From: Octopus vulgaris | Taxonomy: Eukaryota | NCBI GenBank assembly: GCA_951406725.2 | Contig: OX597838.1 | Location: 19,406,001 to 19,470,000, forward strand | Length of the DNA stretch: 64,000 bases | Reading direction: 5' to 3' | Notes under the pieces: model-generated | What the model saw: only the letters and a program-made list of their open reading frames with translations | The model's database searches: none | Told to the model about the DNA's origin: nothing | Position numbers and translations under genes: made by a program | Part shown: piece after piece, positions 1 through 13,676 of the stretch | How positions within the stretch are numbered: position 1 is the stretch's first letter | How the letters are laid out: every line of letters starts with the position of its first letter

Positions 1-8
1 TGGGTTTG

Positions 9-326
9 GGCGATCTTTCGTCTCTAGTAGACCTTTCCGTCGATTTCCGTGAAAAAATTTTTTTGTTTTACATATGGGCTTGCGGGAACTTTTGAAGTAA
101 TATACATACATATACACATACACCACACCCCATCAAACACACACACATGTACATCAATGCTTCACATGCACGGTAACTTCAAAAGAATTTCCCTCGTCAT
201 ACAATTGCTTTCTCTTAGTCTCTTTCGCTCTCATTACTTCAAAAGTTCCCGCAAGCCCATATGTAAAAAAAAAAAATTTTTTTTACGGAAATCGACGGAA
301 AGGTCTACTAGTGACGAAAGATTGCC
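9..326. mobile_element. MITE with ~93-bp TIRs and 8-bp TSD (Merlin- or MULE-like)
   Basis: 9-101 is the near reverse complement of 233-326; ends GG...CC; TGGGTTTG at both 1-8 and 327-334. Confidence 0.8.
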
Positions 327-1104
327 TGGGTTTGAAACGCACAAAGGAACTTTTTAAATGTATTTTTTTTTTCTCGGTTTAAAATCATTTCAACAATAAT
401 TTGTAAGAAACGAGTTGTCTCCCTTAGACAACACTGCGCGAATGCTTCTGCACCGTTGCTGTTACTCTTTGTAGATAGAAAGCAAGAGGCCAGACCTGAT
501 TGAACCGACCTTAATGATATTTGCGGTTCCTTTTTACATGCTCAACACTACATTATCGAATACATCTTTATTTTTAATTCTAAAGATGTTAGTGTGTAAT
601 CTGAGGGTGATATGGCTGCTATTTCGAGCAGGCTCCAGCCACCACGTATAAGTTTACCTCATTGTCTCAAATGTATTGATGGGTTTCGTTTTTGGATTTG
701 GTTCGCAAGATTCTTTTTATGAGTTCGTGTGTGGAAGCATATTCTGTTGTGCCTGGGGAGAGTCATTTTTTTTTTTGGTGAAGTACCAGCGAAATACTGG
801 GGTTGATGCAATCGACTTGCCTCTCCCACCAATAAATATTACAGGCCTTTTGTGTAAGAAATAAGTGGAAATTTTACCGGCGAGTGTGTTAAATTATAAG
901 GCACAAAAAGAAAATGACTCCCCAGACACAACAGAATATTGATGTGTTGTCTATGGACAACTACTAAATTTTTTCCTGGTCGTCCATATTCCCCAGTTCC
1001 CTCGTCATTACTGGATATGGCTATAATAAAATCAATTCCTGGAAGACTGATATAAGGGGGAAGATGGTGGAAGAATTTGAAGTCTAAAATAGGGATACAT
1101 GAAA

Positions 1105-1545
1105 TCATGATCATCGTTTAACGTCCGCTTTCCATGCTAGCATGGGTTGGACGATTTGACTGAGGTCTGGCGAACCAGATGGGGCTGCACCAGACTCCAA
1201 TCTGATCTGGCAGAGTTTCAACAGCTGGATGCCCTTCCTAATACCAACCACTCCGAGAGTGTAGTGGGTGCTTTTACGTGCCACCGGCACGAGGGCCAGT
1301 CAGGCGGTACAGGCAACCGTACTGCACAGGAGCCAGTCCAGCGGCACTGGCAACAACCTCGCTCGAATGTTTTTTCACATGCCACCTGCACAAGTGCTAG
1401 TAAGGCGACGCAGGTAACGATCACGCTCAAATGGTGCTTTTAACATGCCACCGGCCGGGAGGCCAGCTTGTTGCTCTGGCAACGATCTCACTTGTATGGT
1501 ACTCTTAGCGCTCCACTAGCACGGATGCCAGTCATCGAATTTGAT
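1105..1545 (-). mobile_element. SINE family C (GGAAGGGCATCCAGC domain, (GAT)n tail)
   Basis: Homologous to copies at 15988, 16685, 36805, 41142, 55925, 56425, 59500. Confidence 0.75.
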
Positions 1546-1756
1546 TTAACAATGATAAAACAAAAATTCTTTGAAACTAAAGGTTCTGAGTTCAAACTGA
1601 ACTAGGTGATATCTTCACAGTCATCGTTTTGCACAGACTTTTTTCCATGTTTGTATGAACAGGATAGGTTTTCTGAGTCTGTGTTTTATAGTTACACATC
1701 TTTTCTGTCATTAACCATTGTAATTGCTCACTTCTTATGATATTGTCTTATGACAT

Positions 1757-2049
1757 TCTCGAGCCACGCCAGGCTCATAAGGACTGGTTTCCCGGTTTCC
1801 TTAGTGTATAGGTTCCTCACCTGGACGGGACACCAGTCCGTCACAGGTGAGCTGCAAGATGCAGGAGGAAAGAGTGAGAGAAAGTTGTGGCGAAAGAGTC
1901 AGCAGAAGTTCACCATTACCTTCTGCCAGAGCCTTGTGGAGCTTAGGTGTTTCGCTATTAAACGTACACATCGCCTGGTCTGAGATTCAAACCCGCGATC
2001 CCTCCACCACGAGTCCGCTGCTCTAACCACCAGGCCACGTGCCTCCACT
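1757..2049 (-). mobile_element. tRNA-derived SINE family D
   Basis: A/B-box head GTGGCCTGGTGGTTAGAGCAGCGGACTC; matches 17179-17483. Confidence 0.75.
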
Positions 2050-2481
2050 TCTTATGATATACATGAATGCTAATGTAACTATTCTAAAACTGGAATACAA
2101 TTACATCATCATCATCATCATCGTCATCTTCATCATTGTCACATTCACTTTTCCATGCTTGCATGGGTCGGATGGAGTTTATTAAGGCAAATTTTATTAA
2201 GGCTGGATGCCCTTTCTGTCATGAACCCAATATCTACTTCCAAGCAAAGTAACGTTTCCTTATGGTTAGACATGTTTTTGCAGAATATTGGAAATGAAAG
2301 ACATTTGATATATAAATATATATTCCTATAGGCATGGCTGTGTGGTAAGAAGTTTGCTTCTCAACCACATGTCTCTGGGTTCAGCCCTACTGTTCGGTAC
2401 CTTCAATAAGTGTCTTCTACAGTAGCTCTGGCTCATCAAAGCCTTGTGAGTGGATTTGGTAAACAGAAAGTGAAAGAAGCT

Positions 2482-2523
<42 letters not shown>

Positions 2524-2551
2524 ATACATACACACACACACACACACATAT

Positions 2552-2969
2552 ACTCATTTACTTGTTTCAGTCATGTGACTGTGGCCATGCTGGAGCACCG
2601 CCTTTAGTCAAGCAAATCGACCCCAGGACTTATTCTTTGTAAGTCTAGTACTTATTCTATCAGTATCTTTTGCCGAACCGCTAAGTTATGAGGACATAAA
2701 CACACCAGCATCTGTTGTCAAGCAATGCTGGAGGGACAAACACAGACACACAAACATATACACACACTTACATACATATGTATACATATATATATATACA
2801 TACATACTACAGGCTTCTTTCAGTTTCCCTCTACCAAATCCACTCACAAGGCTTTGGTCAGACCAAGGCTATAGTAGAAGACACTTGTCCAAGGTGCCAC
2901 GCAGTGGGACTGAACCCAGAACCATGTGGTTCATAAGCAAGCTACTTACCCCGCAGCCACTCCTACGCC
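2552..2969 (-). mobile_element. SINE family A (~400 bp, internal TA/TG microsatellite)
   Basis: Head GGCGTAGGAGTGGCTG, CORE-like ACCTTGGRCAAGTG, tail GACTGAAACAAGTAAA. Confidence 0.85.
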
Positions 2970-3052
2970 TATATATATATAGATATATATATATATATAC
3001 ATACATATGTATATCTATATGTGTAAAAGATAAACGATAAAAGATAAATATG

Positions 3053-3099
<47 letters not shown>

Positions 3100-3102
<3 letters not shown>

Positions 3103-3493
3103 GTAGAAGTGGCTGTGTGGTAAGTAGCTTCCTTACAAACCACATGGTTCCGTGTTCAGTATCACTATGTGGCATCTTGGGCAAGTGTCTTCTACTATAG
3201 ACTTGGCCCGACCAAAGCCTTGTGAGTGAATTTGGTAGACAGAAACTGAAAGAAGCCCGTCATATATATGTATGTGTGTGTATATGTTTGTGTGTGTGTG
3301 TTTGTCCCTCAACATCGCTTGACAACCGATGCTGGTGTTTTTACGTCCCAGTAACTTAGAGGTTTGGCAAAAGATTGATAGAATAAGTACTAGGCTTGCA
3401 AAGAATAAGTCCTGGGGTCGATTTGCTCGACTAAAGGCAGTGCTCCAGCATGGCTGCAGTCAAATGACTGAAACAAGTAAAAAAGAGTAAAAA
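3100..3493 (+). mobile_element. SINE family A
   Basis: Full head-to-tail match to the other copies. Confidence 0.85.
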
Positions 3494-3502
3494 GTGTAAA
3501 GC

Positions 3503-3572
<70 letters not shown>

Positions 3573-3847
3573 TTGTGTGTAAATGTGCGTGTATGTGTGT
3601 TAGTGTGTATCTATTCAGTGGGCTTCCACACAGTTTCTATCTACCAAATTTCACTCCCAATGCATTGGTTCAACTTATGGCTGTAGTAGAAGACACTTAC
3701 CCCATGGTGCTGCACAGTGGGACTGAACCCAAAACCATGTGGTTGCAAAGCATGCTTCTTAACCACACAGCCAATAGACATCTTGGCAAAATGTTAACCC
3801 CCCCACCCCCACTACCTCTGAAATTTGCCCATATTTTTACCTTATAT

Positions 3848-4648
3848 ATTTCTTTATTGCTCACAAGGGGCTAAACAGAGAGGGGACAAACAAGGACAGA
3901 CAAAAGGATTAAGTCGATAACACCGACCCCAGTGGAGCCCGGGGCCTTTCGCATGCAAAGCAAACGCTCTACCGCGTTTGCTTGTCTATGTGGATCACGA
4001 GTAATTTTTTTACCCAGGCATGTATTGGAGCTTCACAGGCACTTTACAAATATCGATTTCAAGTTTTGGCACAAGGTCAGAAATTACAGCGGAGGGAGTA
4101 AATCAATTACATCGACCCGCAGTGCTCAACTAGTACCTATTTCATTGACGCCAAAGGATGAAAGGCAAAGTCCAACCTCAGCGGAGTTTGAACTCAGAAC
4201 ATAAAGACAGACGAAATACCTATTTCTTTACTACCCACAAGGGGCTAAACACAGAGGGGGCAAACAAGGACAGACAAACGGATTAAGTCGATTACATCGA
4301 CCCCAGTGCGTAACTGGTACTTATTTAATCGATCCTGAAAGGATGAAAGCAAAGTCGACCTTGGTGGAATTTGAACTCAGAACGTAACGGCAGACGAAAT
4401 ACCACTAAGCATTTCACCTGACGTGCTAACGTTTCTTATTTCTTTATTGCCCACAAGGGGCTAAACACAGAGGGGACAAACAAGGACAGACAAATGGATT
4501 AAGTTGATTACATCGACCCCAGTGCATTACTGGTACTTAATTTATCGACCCCGAAAGGATGAAAGGCAAAGTCGACCATGGCAGAATTTGAACTCAGGAC
4601 AGACAAAGGGATTAAGTCGATTACATCGACCCCAGTGCATAACTGGTA
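3848..4648 (-). mobile_element. Tandem cluster of SINE family B units (GCCTTTCATCCTTTCGGGGTCGAT domain)
   Basis: Repeated ~180-210-bp units; B-box GAGTTCAAATTCC. Confidence 0.8.
3933..3974 (-). pseudogene. tRNA-Ala(TGC) internal fragment
   Basis: GGTAGAGCGTTTGCTTTGCATGCGAAAGGCCCCGGGCTC spans D-loop to T-arm; no acceptor stem. Confidence 0.6.
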
Positions 4649-4787
4649 ACTACTACTACTACTACCAACACCTTTACTACCACCACCACCACCACTACTA
4701 CTATCACCACCATTACTACTACTACTACTATCAAATAAAGAAGGAAAGCAAAAATGTTTGGAAGTGAAGAAATGCGTTGTTCCTTAC

Positions 4788-5041
4788 CTGGGATTAGCTC
4801 GGAAAGGACAGTAACCACATTTGAAAGCAGGGGGTTTGTGTGAGTAAGTATGGGAGTTGAAGGTAGTCCGATTAGTGCTTCGGTACGAACATATTGTACA
4901 GGTGAACGTGTACTGCATGAGGTTCTCGTCAAACTCCCTCACACACATCTCCTCCATTCTGGTGTTTATAGTTATCAGTGAGTCGGGCATGGCTTTCCTT
5001 GTGCTGCTGCTGCTGCTGCCGCTGCCGCCGCCGCCGCTACT

Positions 5042-5073
<32 letters not shown>

Positions 5074-8000
5074 TACTACTCACTTGGCCTGGACGGTTCT
5101 TATCTCTGCTGCCTTTCACCAACGACATGATACTAGTGCCACTCTTCGCTTCACCCGACCAATAGTAGCTTCGCTGGCCGCCTCTGCTGCTGCCGCTGCT
5201 GCTGTTGCCGCTGCTGCTACTCTCGTACGGGTCATCGTCCATTTTCTTCACGTCACGCTGGTACTTCAGCGGGTCACTGGCTTTGAATTTTGGCACATTT
5301 ATCACGCTTGGTTTAGCAGAAGAAATTGGAGTGGAGCCGGTTAGCTCAGCTTTCGTAGCAGATTTCGACAAGTTCAAAGCCCCTGACTTACTCATCTTAA
5401 AGAATTTCGGGGATATCACAAGTGCTGGTTTCACAGTTTTATTGGTTTTTAAAGAACTCTGGAGACTAGTTTTCTGTGATTTGGAAGACATCAATGCATT
5501 TGGTTTGGACACTTTCAGTTCTATGGAGGAACTGCTGGATTTTGAGAGGTTTAAGACTTCTGAAGTATTCTGATCATTTGCTGTTTTATCAGTATTAGAC
5601 AATAACTGGCTTGAAGAATCTGATGTGTAGATAGAAAGAGCTTTTGAAGTGTTGGAGTTGCTAATGGCCTTTTTGGCCTTTTTGTTACTGCTATTGCTTT
5701 TACTGTTCGATTCCGATTCTTTGGAAAGTGGTCTTTTCCGGAAGGCGACGTCTTCTTTGGAACTTCGTACGAAATTCACGGCCATTTCCTTCCATGTTCC
5801 GTCAGGTTCTTCTACCAGTACGGTGTATCCTGCTTTGGCAGTTTGACTGCCAAAGCAGAGACGTGGGTGCTCAGTAGCCATGTGCGCTTCGATGCCGTTG
5901 TCGAACCAACTGGCAAACGAGCAGTGTTTGCACCGTTTCCGTTTCAACATCATGTGCTGCGACCAGATATGGCACTTGACACACGTGCGGAGACGGCTTT
6001 TGTAGGAACAGAATGGACACTGTAGCACTCCTGCAGACACCTCAATGATTTTCCGAGCCATTGCTTTCATCTCCTCGTCTTTTGACGAGGGATTTGACAG
6101 ATTCTGCAACTCAATGTCTTCAGACTGGGCCTCGAGATGTTTCACTGAACCTTCTGGGATTTGTTTCGTGTCACTCCTAGGAATGTCTTTACTAGCATCG
6201 GAGCTGTTACCGCTTGTCTGTTTACCGAAATCCAAAACAATACTGCTTCCGGACCCATTAGCTCCAGAAGCCTTCAATTCTGATGAATGTTCCGTTTCAA
6301 TGTGCTTCTGGACCTGCCATTCTACAAAACCTTTTGTACTGCACACTGAGCACTTGTAGACGCCGTTGCTCAGTTTCACAACCGTTGGACGATTCGGTTT
6401 GGTCAAAGAAGTAGGAATGGTGAGAGGTTCTGTGGCGAGACGGTAACAGTTGGGTGTCTCTGATGATGGACCACTGATGATAAACGTCTGTTTGGTGAAC
6501 GTACTAGCAGAAGTATCCTTTGGAAGCAAGTTGAGAATATTTCGAATGTCTTTGTTCCAATCCTGACTTTCAAATTTCGCACCAGGTTTTTTGTTTTCGT
6601 GGAAGTGTAAGCAATGTTGTATAATGTTCTGCTTCTTGATGCTCCGCAGCTCACAATAGGGGCACGACCATAGGTACAATTTCAAATGGCAGTCAAGGAT
6701 ATGGTGATGAATTGTAGCCACGTGGTCGGTGGTAAACTGACAGCACTTACACCGATTCCACTTGCGGTTTCGCGTGTACAGAACACTTAGTTTCGAATCT
6801 AGTGTCTGGCTGCCTATTTCGCAAGGAGGTAACGCTGAAGAAAAGTCCGTATCAAGAGTTGATGCAGCTGATTTCTTCTCTGATGAGGATTTGGATTTTG
6901 TCGTATTCTTCTGAAGACTTCCTTTTGCTGATGGAACTGTCAAGATTGGAGATTGGTTCACAGTTTTGGTCGGCCTCACCATGTTTTTAAATACTTTACA
7001 GACAAATGGCTTCACTGAATCAGTCGTGCTTCCCTCATAAGGCTGGTCTTTAAATAACGGTACTTTCCAATCGTTGGAGGAATTGGAATTCTTCAATTCA
7101 CATTGAAAGCACGACGAGAGGTTTCCATGTTCACAACGTCTGCTGGAATTATACTCTTGGCGAGAGGGATTTACTATTAGATCAAGCATTTCACTTTCAT
7201 TCTTGTTGGAATTAAGAACTTCCTGGATGTGGGTGAAATGAAATTCTTTCTTGGGATGGCGTTTTTTACAAGAAGTTACAAGATATTCTTTGGATGTTGA
7301 TTTAGCATTGCAATGAACACATTTCAAGAAATTCAGAATCTGACATTCTGGGTGCTTCACTCGAACATGGGTCTTAAGTTGCTGGACATGTTTGTAAGCG
7401 ACGGGACATAAATGACAGCACGCTTTAGCAATAGCTTTGTTCACAAATGGAGTTTCTTCTGAAGATTTCAATTGGTTGGAATTCTTTGAAACTGAAGATG
7501 CAGCTTCTAGGTCTGTTATGCCTAGCTTCTGTTTGCTTTCTGACGTCAACGATTTAGAGGATTCCTTACCAATGTGTCTAGCAATATATTCTCCAAGGAA
7601 GCTAGGATGATAGTTTCTTACGTGGTTTTCGAGAAGTGGAGATTGGCTAGTTGTGTATTTGCAAAGCTTACAGGAATATTGGTTCTTTGGAATTGTTGAG
7701 CTGTGGTTTTTGCTGTCACTAATGGCACTGAATGTTTTAGAGAATGGGTACATATCGTTGGTCAGGTGTAGTGCAGAAAGTAATTCTTTTGGTTTTAGTT
7801 TCGTTTCTAAGTACTCGATATCGTTCTTGCTGGGGAACGGTGCCAACTGTAAACTATTTGCATGATCTGCCAGCAGAGCTTTATTGTCTGCTGTTCCACT
7901 AGCCTGTTTTTCTTGACATACAACCTGACTGGTGACCACAATCTGTTTTGGTTTGCCGGGATGGGCCTCAGAGATGTGATTGAGAACGGCCCTTCGGTTC

Positions 8001-11000
8001 CGGTCTTTTACTGAGCAATGAGGACACTGAATAAACTTGAGCAGGTTTGTCCGGAGGTGATTGAGAAGTTCGGACAGTTCTACAAACACCTGTTTACAAT
8101 TCAGACAACTGCACGTCTTTTCGTCCTTATGGAAGATTTCATTATGGTCTCGAAATTCATGTATAAGGTTTGTCCCAAACCGACAGCCTGCAAAAGCACA
8201 TTTGAAAAGCAAAAAAATTTTGGAATTTGAGTGAGTTTGCATGTGTCTAAGTAGATTATCTTCACTTGGTGCCACATGCCCACAATGAGCACACGGGTAA
8301 GAGGAGACATACTTGTGAGCAGTCTCCAAGTGGGCTCTAAATTGAGTGGAGTTCATGCTAGCAAAACCACATCCATTAAAACCGCACTTGTAGAATGCTC
8401 CTTTAAGATCTTTATCCATTCCTGCAACAGCATGGTTCTCGCCAGCTACCGACAAATTCTCAGCATTGTTCACTGTCATGGACAAGGACAGTGAATCATT
8501 GGTAAAACTTGGAAAACTGGAACCAGCATTTGAGTCCTTGTAGATATTAGATGAAGTAAGAGAAGGTGGAGAACTAATCTTTAAATCCAGTGCCATGTCT
8601 TGGTCATCGGACAATTCCTTTTTCAAATCAAGGAGGCTGCCGTCAGAACTGCTGATATCACACAACATATTGGTCAAAGCTGTGAACTCTTTCACTTCTT
8701 TCTTAATATTCATTATCTTTCGGTTGATGTCTTCAAGCAAATACTCTTCATCCGGTTGTTCGGATTTGACTTTGACCAAACTGAAATCCATCGCAAAATC
8801 TGAATTTTCTTTCTTGGTGACTTTGCTGGAACGATTTTCATCAGCCATTTTCCCAGATGAGGTATTGTTTTCGATTTGATTCGTAACTGAAATGGATTTT
8901 AAGTCTGGGATTTTTTCACAACCCTGGTCTGCAAGAGAAGTCTTTAGAACCTTCAGCTGATGTGTTGCGGCCCTCAAGGGATTTTCAACAATTACAGTTT
9001 CTTTTAGTTCCTGAATGTCTCTTTTTTTGCAGTTGACAGAAGATTTAGCGTCCTTATTGGCAGCGCCTTCTGTTTGTTTTGAGATTTTATCAGCGTCGGT
9101 CGTTAGGCTTGAATTTGAGTGTTCTGATGCCTGATCTAATTTTGAAGGACACGAACTGTTTTTCACTTCAGCTCCAACGAGAAGAGGAAGTGCGACGGAA
9201 AGGTTTTTCACCTCTGAAGCCATTTTAGAAATGGTTTCGAGTTTGAGGTCAGATTTTCGAATGCGACAAATAACGACCGTTTTCTTTGTGCTGTCCTCCG
9301 ACTCTGTTTCCGTTGTATTGGTGTCTGTTACTAACTGAAGTATATTGGCTACAACCTCACAACTTTCTCTGGTTAGTGTCGTACAACAGCAGTAACTACT
9401 CTCTGCAGAGTGTGTGTGTGTCCATAGATGGAAGCGAAATATCTCTTTGTCTTTTGACTTTTTCGCACACTGCAAACAAACGTATTCATTGTTTACGAAT
9501 GTCACTTCTAAATCCTTACAGAAAGCCCGATGTTTGTCAGAGAATTGCTTTGGCGACTGTGATGAGTCTGTGTTGTTCGTAACTGAGAATGGTTCTGAAC
9601 TGGATTTTGATATTTGAGCACCTGGGTCTGCTGCCAGATGTGTTTGACGGTGCTTTGATGTCTGCGCACCTGAGTCTGCTGGATGCGTCTGGCGATGCTT
9701 TGATGGTGACCGACTCGCCTCGGGACACTGGAAATTCAATTTTTGATCATTACTCGCTCTGATTTCTTTAATCAACAAAGACATATACTTCGGAAGGTGG
9801 TGTTGTCCCTTGTGGCGGGAAAGGACATGTTGCTGCCACTGGCTAGGAGATTTGAATTCACTCGTGCAATCATCGCACTTAAAAGCATAATTTTCCATGT
9901 GACTAAACAGATGATCCTCAAAAGCCGACTGCTTGCCCGAGAAGGAGCAGTGGCTGCAGGCATACAAACCGTTATCATAACTAAGAATCGTTTCCACTAA
10001 ACTTGATTTACCTGAGCTTAACACGGAGCTGGAAGCTGCATTTGGGGCTGGGGCTGGTGGTTGTAGTGGTGGAGAGGAGGAAGATGTGGCTATGAGTGGC
10101 GGTGAGAAAGTCAAAGATGGCGAGGATGATGATGGTGATGGCGACGATGATAATGATGATGAAGAGGAAGAAACAAGGCTGTTGATGGTTGGCGTCCGTA
10201 GTGTTAACAATGGGGATGCTGTGATGGAGCGACTGTCTGATTTACTAGTCAAGTCTGATGATATCTTTGGACATTTTGCAGCAGTAGTGGAGGTGCTTGT
10301 CGTCGTGGCAATAGCATCCAACTTGGCACTGATATTAACAGAGAAATTCTTTGTCGCTTTTTCAATGACTGATAAAAGTGGTTCACAGAATTTCCTCTTA
10401 CGTTCACCGTTACTAGTGACTTTTTTGGAATCTGCTGCTATTTCTGGCTTACTCGAGTTGCTGGCATTAGTGTTTGCCGACTTACCAGACTCGTCTACTC
10501 GACTGGAATCACTAACATCAGCCGTTACCTCCATGCTGTTCGACTTTTCTTCCTTCTTGCTTTTACATTCTTGAAACTTTGAGAAATCTAATGGGCTGCT
10601 TTGTTCCTTGTTGACAATGGCAGAGTTTTTACTAACAGTCGACGAGATCGGGACATTAGTTTCTCCTTCTATTGACAAGACCGACACCTCTTGCATATCA
10701 GAACTAAGCTCACTCTGCTTGCTCCCATCCATCATATTCACGCCTTTTTCACGTACACCCTCCTTAAAAGCCGATTCTACCTGTTGACCGTTGTTGTTGC
10801 ACGAGGCCTTGGAAGTGATCACATTGTAAAGTTTGGCCTCAAACTGATCTTGGTCCAGATTTGAGAAAGACTCCTCCAGTGCATTTGCAATCCTTGTACA
10901 ACTGCTTTCTAACCCTTCGCTACTTTTCTCAGAGCCATCCGTGTCATCTTTTGAGTTTGAGATGATTTCGTTGTTTCTAAACTGCTGCGGTGTACCACTA

Positions 11001-12100
11001 TCGTTTACCATTTCGCTAACGTTGTCACTTTGATGGATGTCCAACTGAAATTTATCGGCGCCGCTGACATTCTTCTTCTTAGTGTTGTTGTTATCCAGTG
11101 TCATCGCTTCATTTGAGTGAGTGTTTTTTCCGTAATCTGTACAGCTGGTCGGGCTGCTGAGGAGAAGCTCAGCTACGCTGCTCTTCGACTTCTTGCGCTG
11201 GTTCTCCGCATCCTGACCAATGTACATCTCTTCCTTTTGCAGAAGCTCAGCAGTTAGTGTCGAGGAGGCAGGAAGCACTAACGAACTCTCGTGATCCTCG
11301 GAGAAATTCTCATCTTTCCCTGCGACGACTGGCCCGTCAGCGGACAGCGAGCTGGACACGGTACGGCAATCTTTCTCATCATCGTCTTCTACGGTGGAGG
11401 ACACAGCACAGATGCTGGTTTCAGGTGAGGTCACAAAGACCCTTGTGTTGACATAGCTGCCGTGCTCTTCCTCCGACAAACTCTCCCCGTCCGCTTCTTT
11501 AGTGGTTGTTATCATAGTCGCCGAGGCCTTTGCTGCTTCTGTTGTTGTTGCTGGTGGTGTTGGCGATGGCAACGGTGATAGCGATTGAGGTGTTGATGAT
11601 GTGGTCTTGTTGCTGTTGCTGTTGTTGTTGTTGTTGTTGCTATTGCTAGTGTTATGCATGCCATCTTTGGTGGAGGGCGTGGTGGTTTTATCAATGTTGT
11701 TGCAGTGTAAATGTGACGTCGTATCATGTGCTGCTTTTGTGTCATGCTGTTGTTGTTGTTGTTGCTGTTGTTGCACCTGAGAACTCTGAACACTGTCGCA
11801 TTCGACAACTAAAGGCTGCGTGCAGTCAGAGCTGCCGACATAGTCGACGCTGTCCAGCGCGAGGAGACGACGGGCTGAGTCGTCATCAATGTCGTCGTCG
11901 TCGTCGTCGTCATTGTCACTGAAATTCACCGACGAAGGTGACCAAATTTTGTTGAAGTCACCACTGACAGGGGATGGTGAGGAAGCAATGTCCAGTTTTT
12001 CTTTGCCTTTTTTACCATTTTCTTCGTTTGAGTTGAGTTTGCCTGCAGGACAACGCTCATCAAAGTGATTGTCACACTTTTCTGTTTCACATTCAGCCAT
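4788..12100 (-). CDS. First coding portion (~2437 aa, 3'-partial) of a large multi-C2H2 zinc-finger protein
   Basis: 7.3-kb uninterrupted ORF with ~18 C-x2/4-C-x12-H-x3/4-H motifs (e.g. YPCAHCGHVAPSEDNLLRHMQTH). An in-frame TGA at 12178-12176 makes AAAATGG at 12100 the first usable ATG; the track's start at 12157 is TTG. The ORF ends at splice donor CAG|GTAAGG (4788|4787) in the middle of a finger. Confidence 0.93.
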
Positions 12101-12104
12101 TTTC

Positions 12105-12173
12105 TTACCCACAATGCTGTGCGTGAGAGAACATTCTCTTACACAGCTGCCATTCAACTCACAGTAGTTCCAT
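12105..12173 (-). promoter_or_regulatory. Three short uORFs (MELL*, MAAV*, MFSHAQHCG*)
   Basis: ATGs at 12173, 12153 and 12134; the last stop ends 4 nt before the main ATG. Confidence 0.55.
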
Positions 12174-12311
12174 AATCACCAAAATGGTATTTCCAAAGAC
12201 TTTTTTGGCACCTGCAAAAGATAAAAATGGAGAAGAATAAATAAAACATTCAAATTTCAAAGAAAATGATATTTCATTTGTTAGACAACAACAATAACAA
12301 CAACAACAGCA

Positions 12312-12500
12312 GTGGAGGCACAATGGCCCAGTGGTTAGGACAGCAGACTTGTGGTCGTAAGAACGCAGTTTCCATTCCCAGACCAGGCATTGTGAGTGTT
12401 TATTGAGCAAAAACACTGAAGCTCTATGAGTCTCCGGCAGGGGAGGGTGGTGAACCCCGCTGTACTCTTTCACCACAACTTTCTCTCACTCTTTCTTCTT
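12312..12500 (+). mobile_element. tRNA-derived SINE family D (5' part)
   Basis: GTGGAGGCACAATGGCCCAGTGGTTAGG head. Confidence 0.7.
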
Positions 12501-12834
12501 ACTTCTGGCACAAAGCAGAGGAACCATGGTGTAACCCACTATGATGCGGTAAACTTTCAGACCCTAGTCTAGATTACGAATCCTCTCTACCCCAGGATGG
12601 TTCAGCTCTCCACCTGTTAAAAGTCACCGTTTATGGAATGAGGATAACAACGCAGCTTTTGTGCCCATGCAACTGCCAGTCTATCGCGTGTGGTGGGTGG
12701 ATCTTCAAGTTGCCACACGCATTCTTAGTAGCTTAGAGTAGGCTCGAATTAGAGATTATTCTTTGTGGCTAATGGCGTGAGTTTTGACTGGAAGAAGAAG
12801 AAGAAGAAGACAACAACAACAACAGTATTATCCT

Positions 12835-13676
<842 letters not shown>

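Larger units (their letters stand above)
4788..12211 (-). other. Giant exon (~7424 nt) with canonical splice sites
   Basis: Acceptor TTTTATCTTTTGCAG|G (AG at 12213-12212); donor CAG|GTAAGG at 4788|4787. Confidence 0.8.

Noticed and set aside
839-1114. Possible next exon of the ZNF gene (acceptor TTTTAG near 1085)
   Set aside because: The phase-2 continuation gives RLQILPPSSPLYQSSRN* without the zinc-binding histidines; part of the region is an inverted copy of 740-780
4857-12114. Many antisense and alternate-frame ORFs over the giant exon
   Set aside because: Shadows of the real CDS and its trinucleotide repeats; no independent protein features
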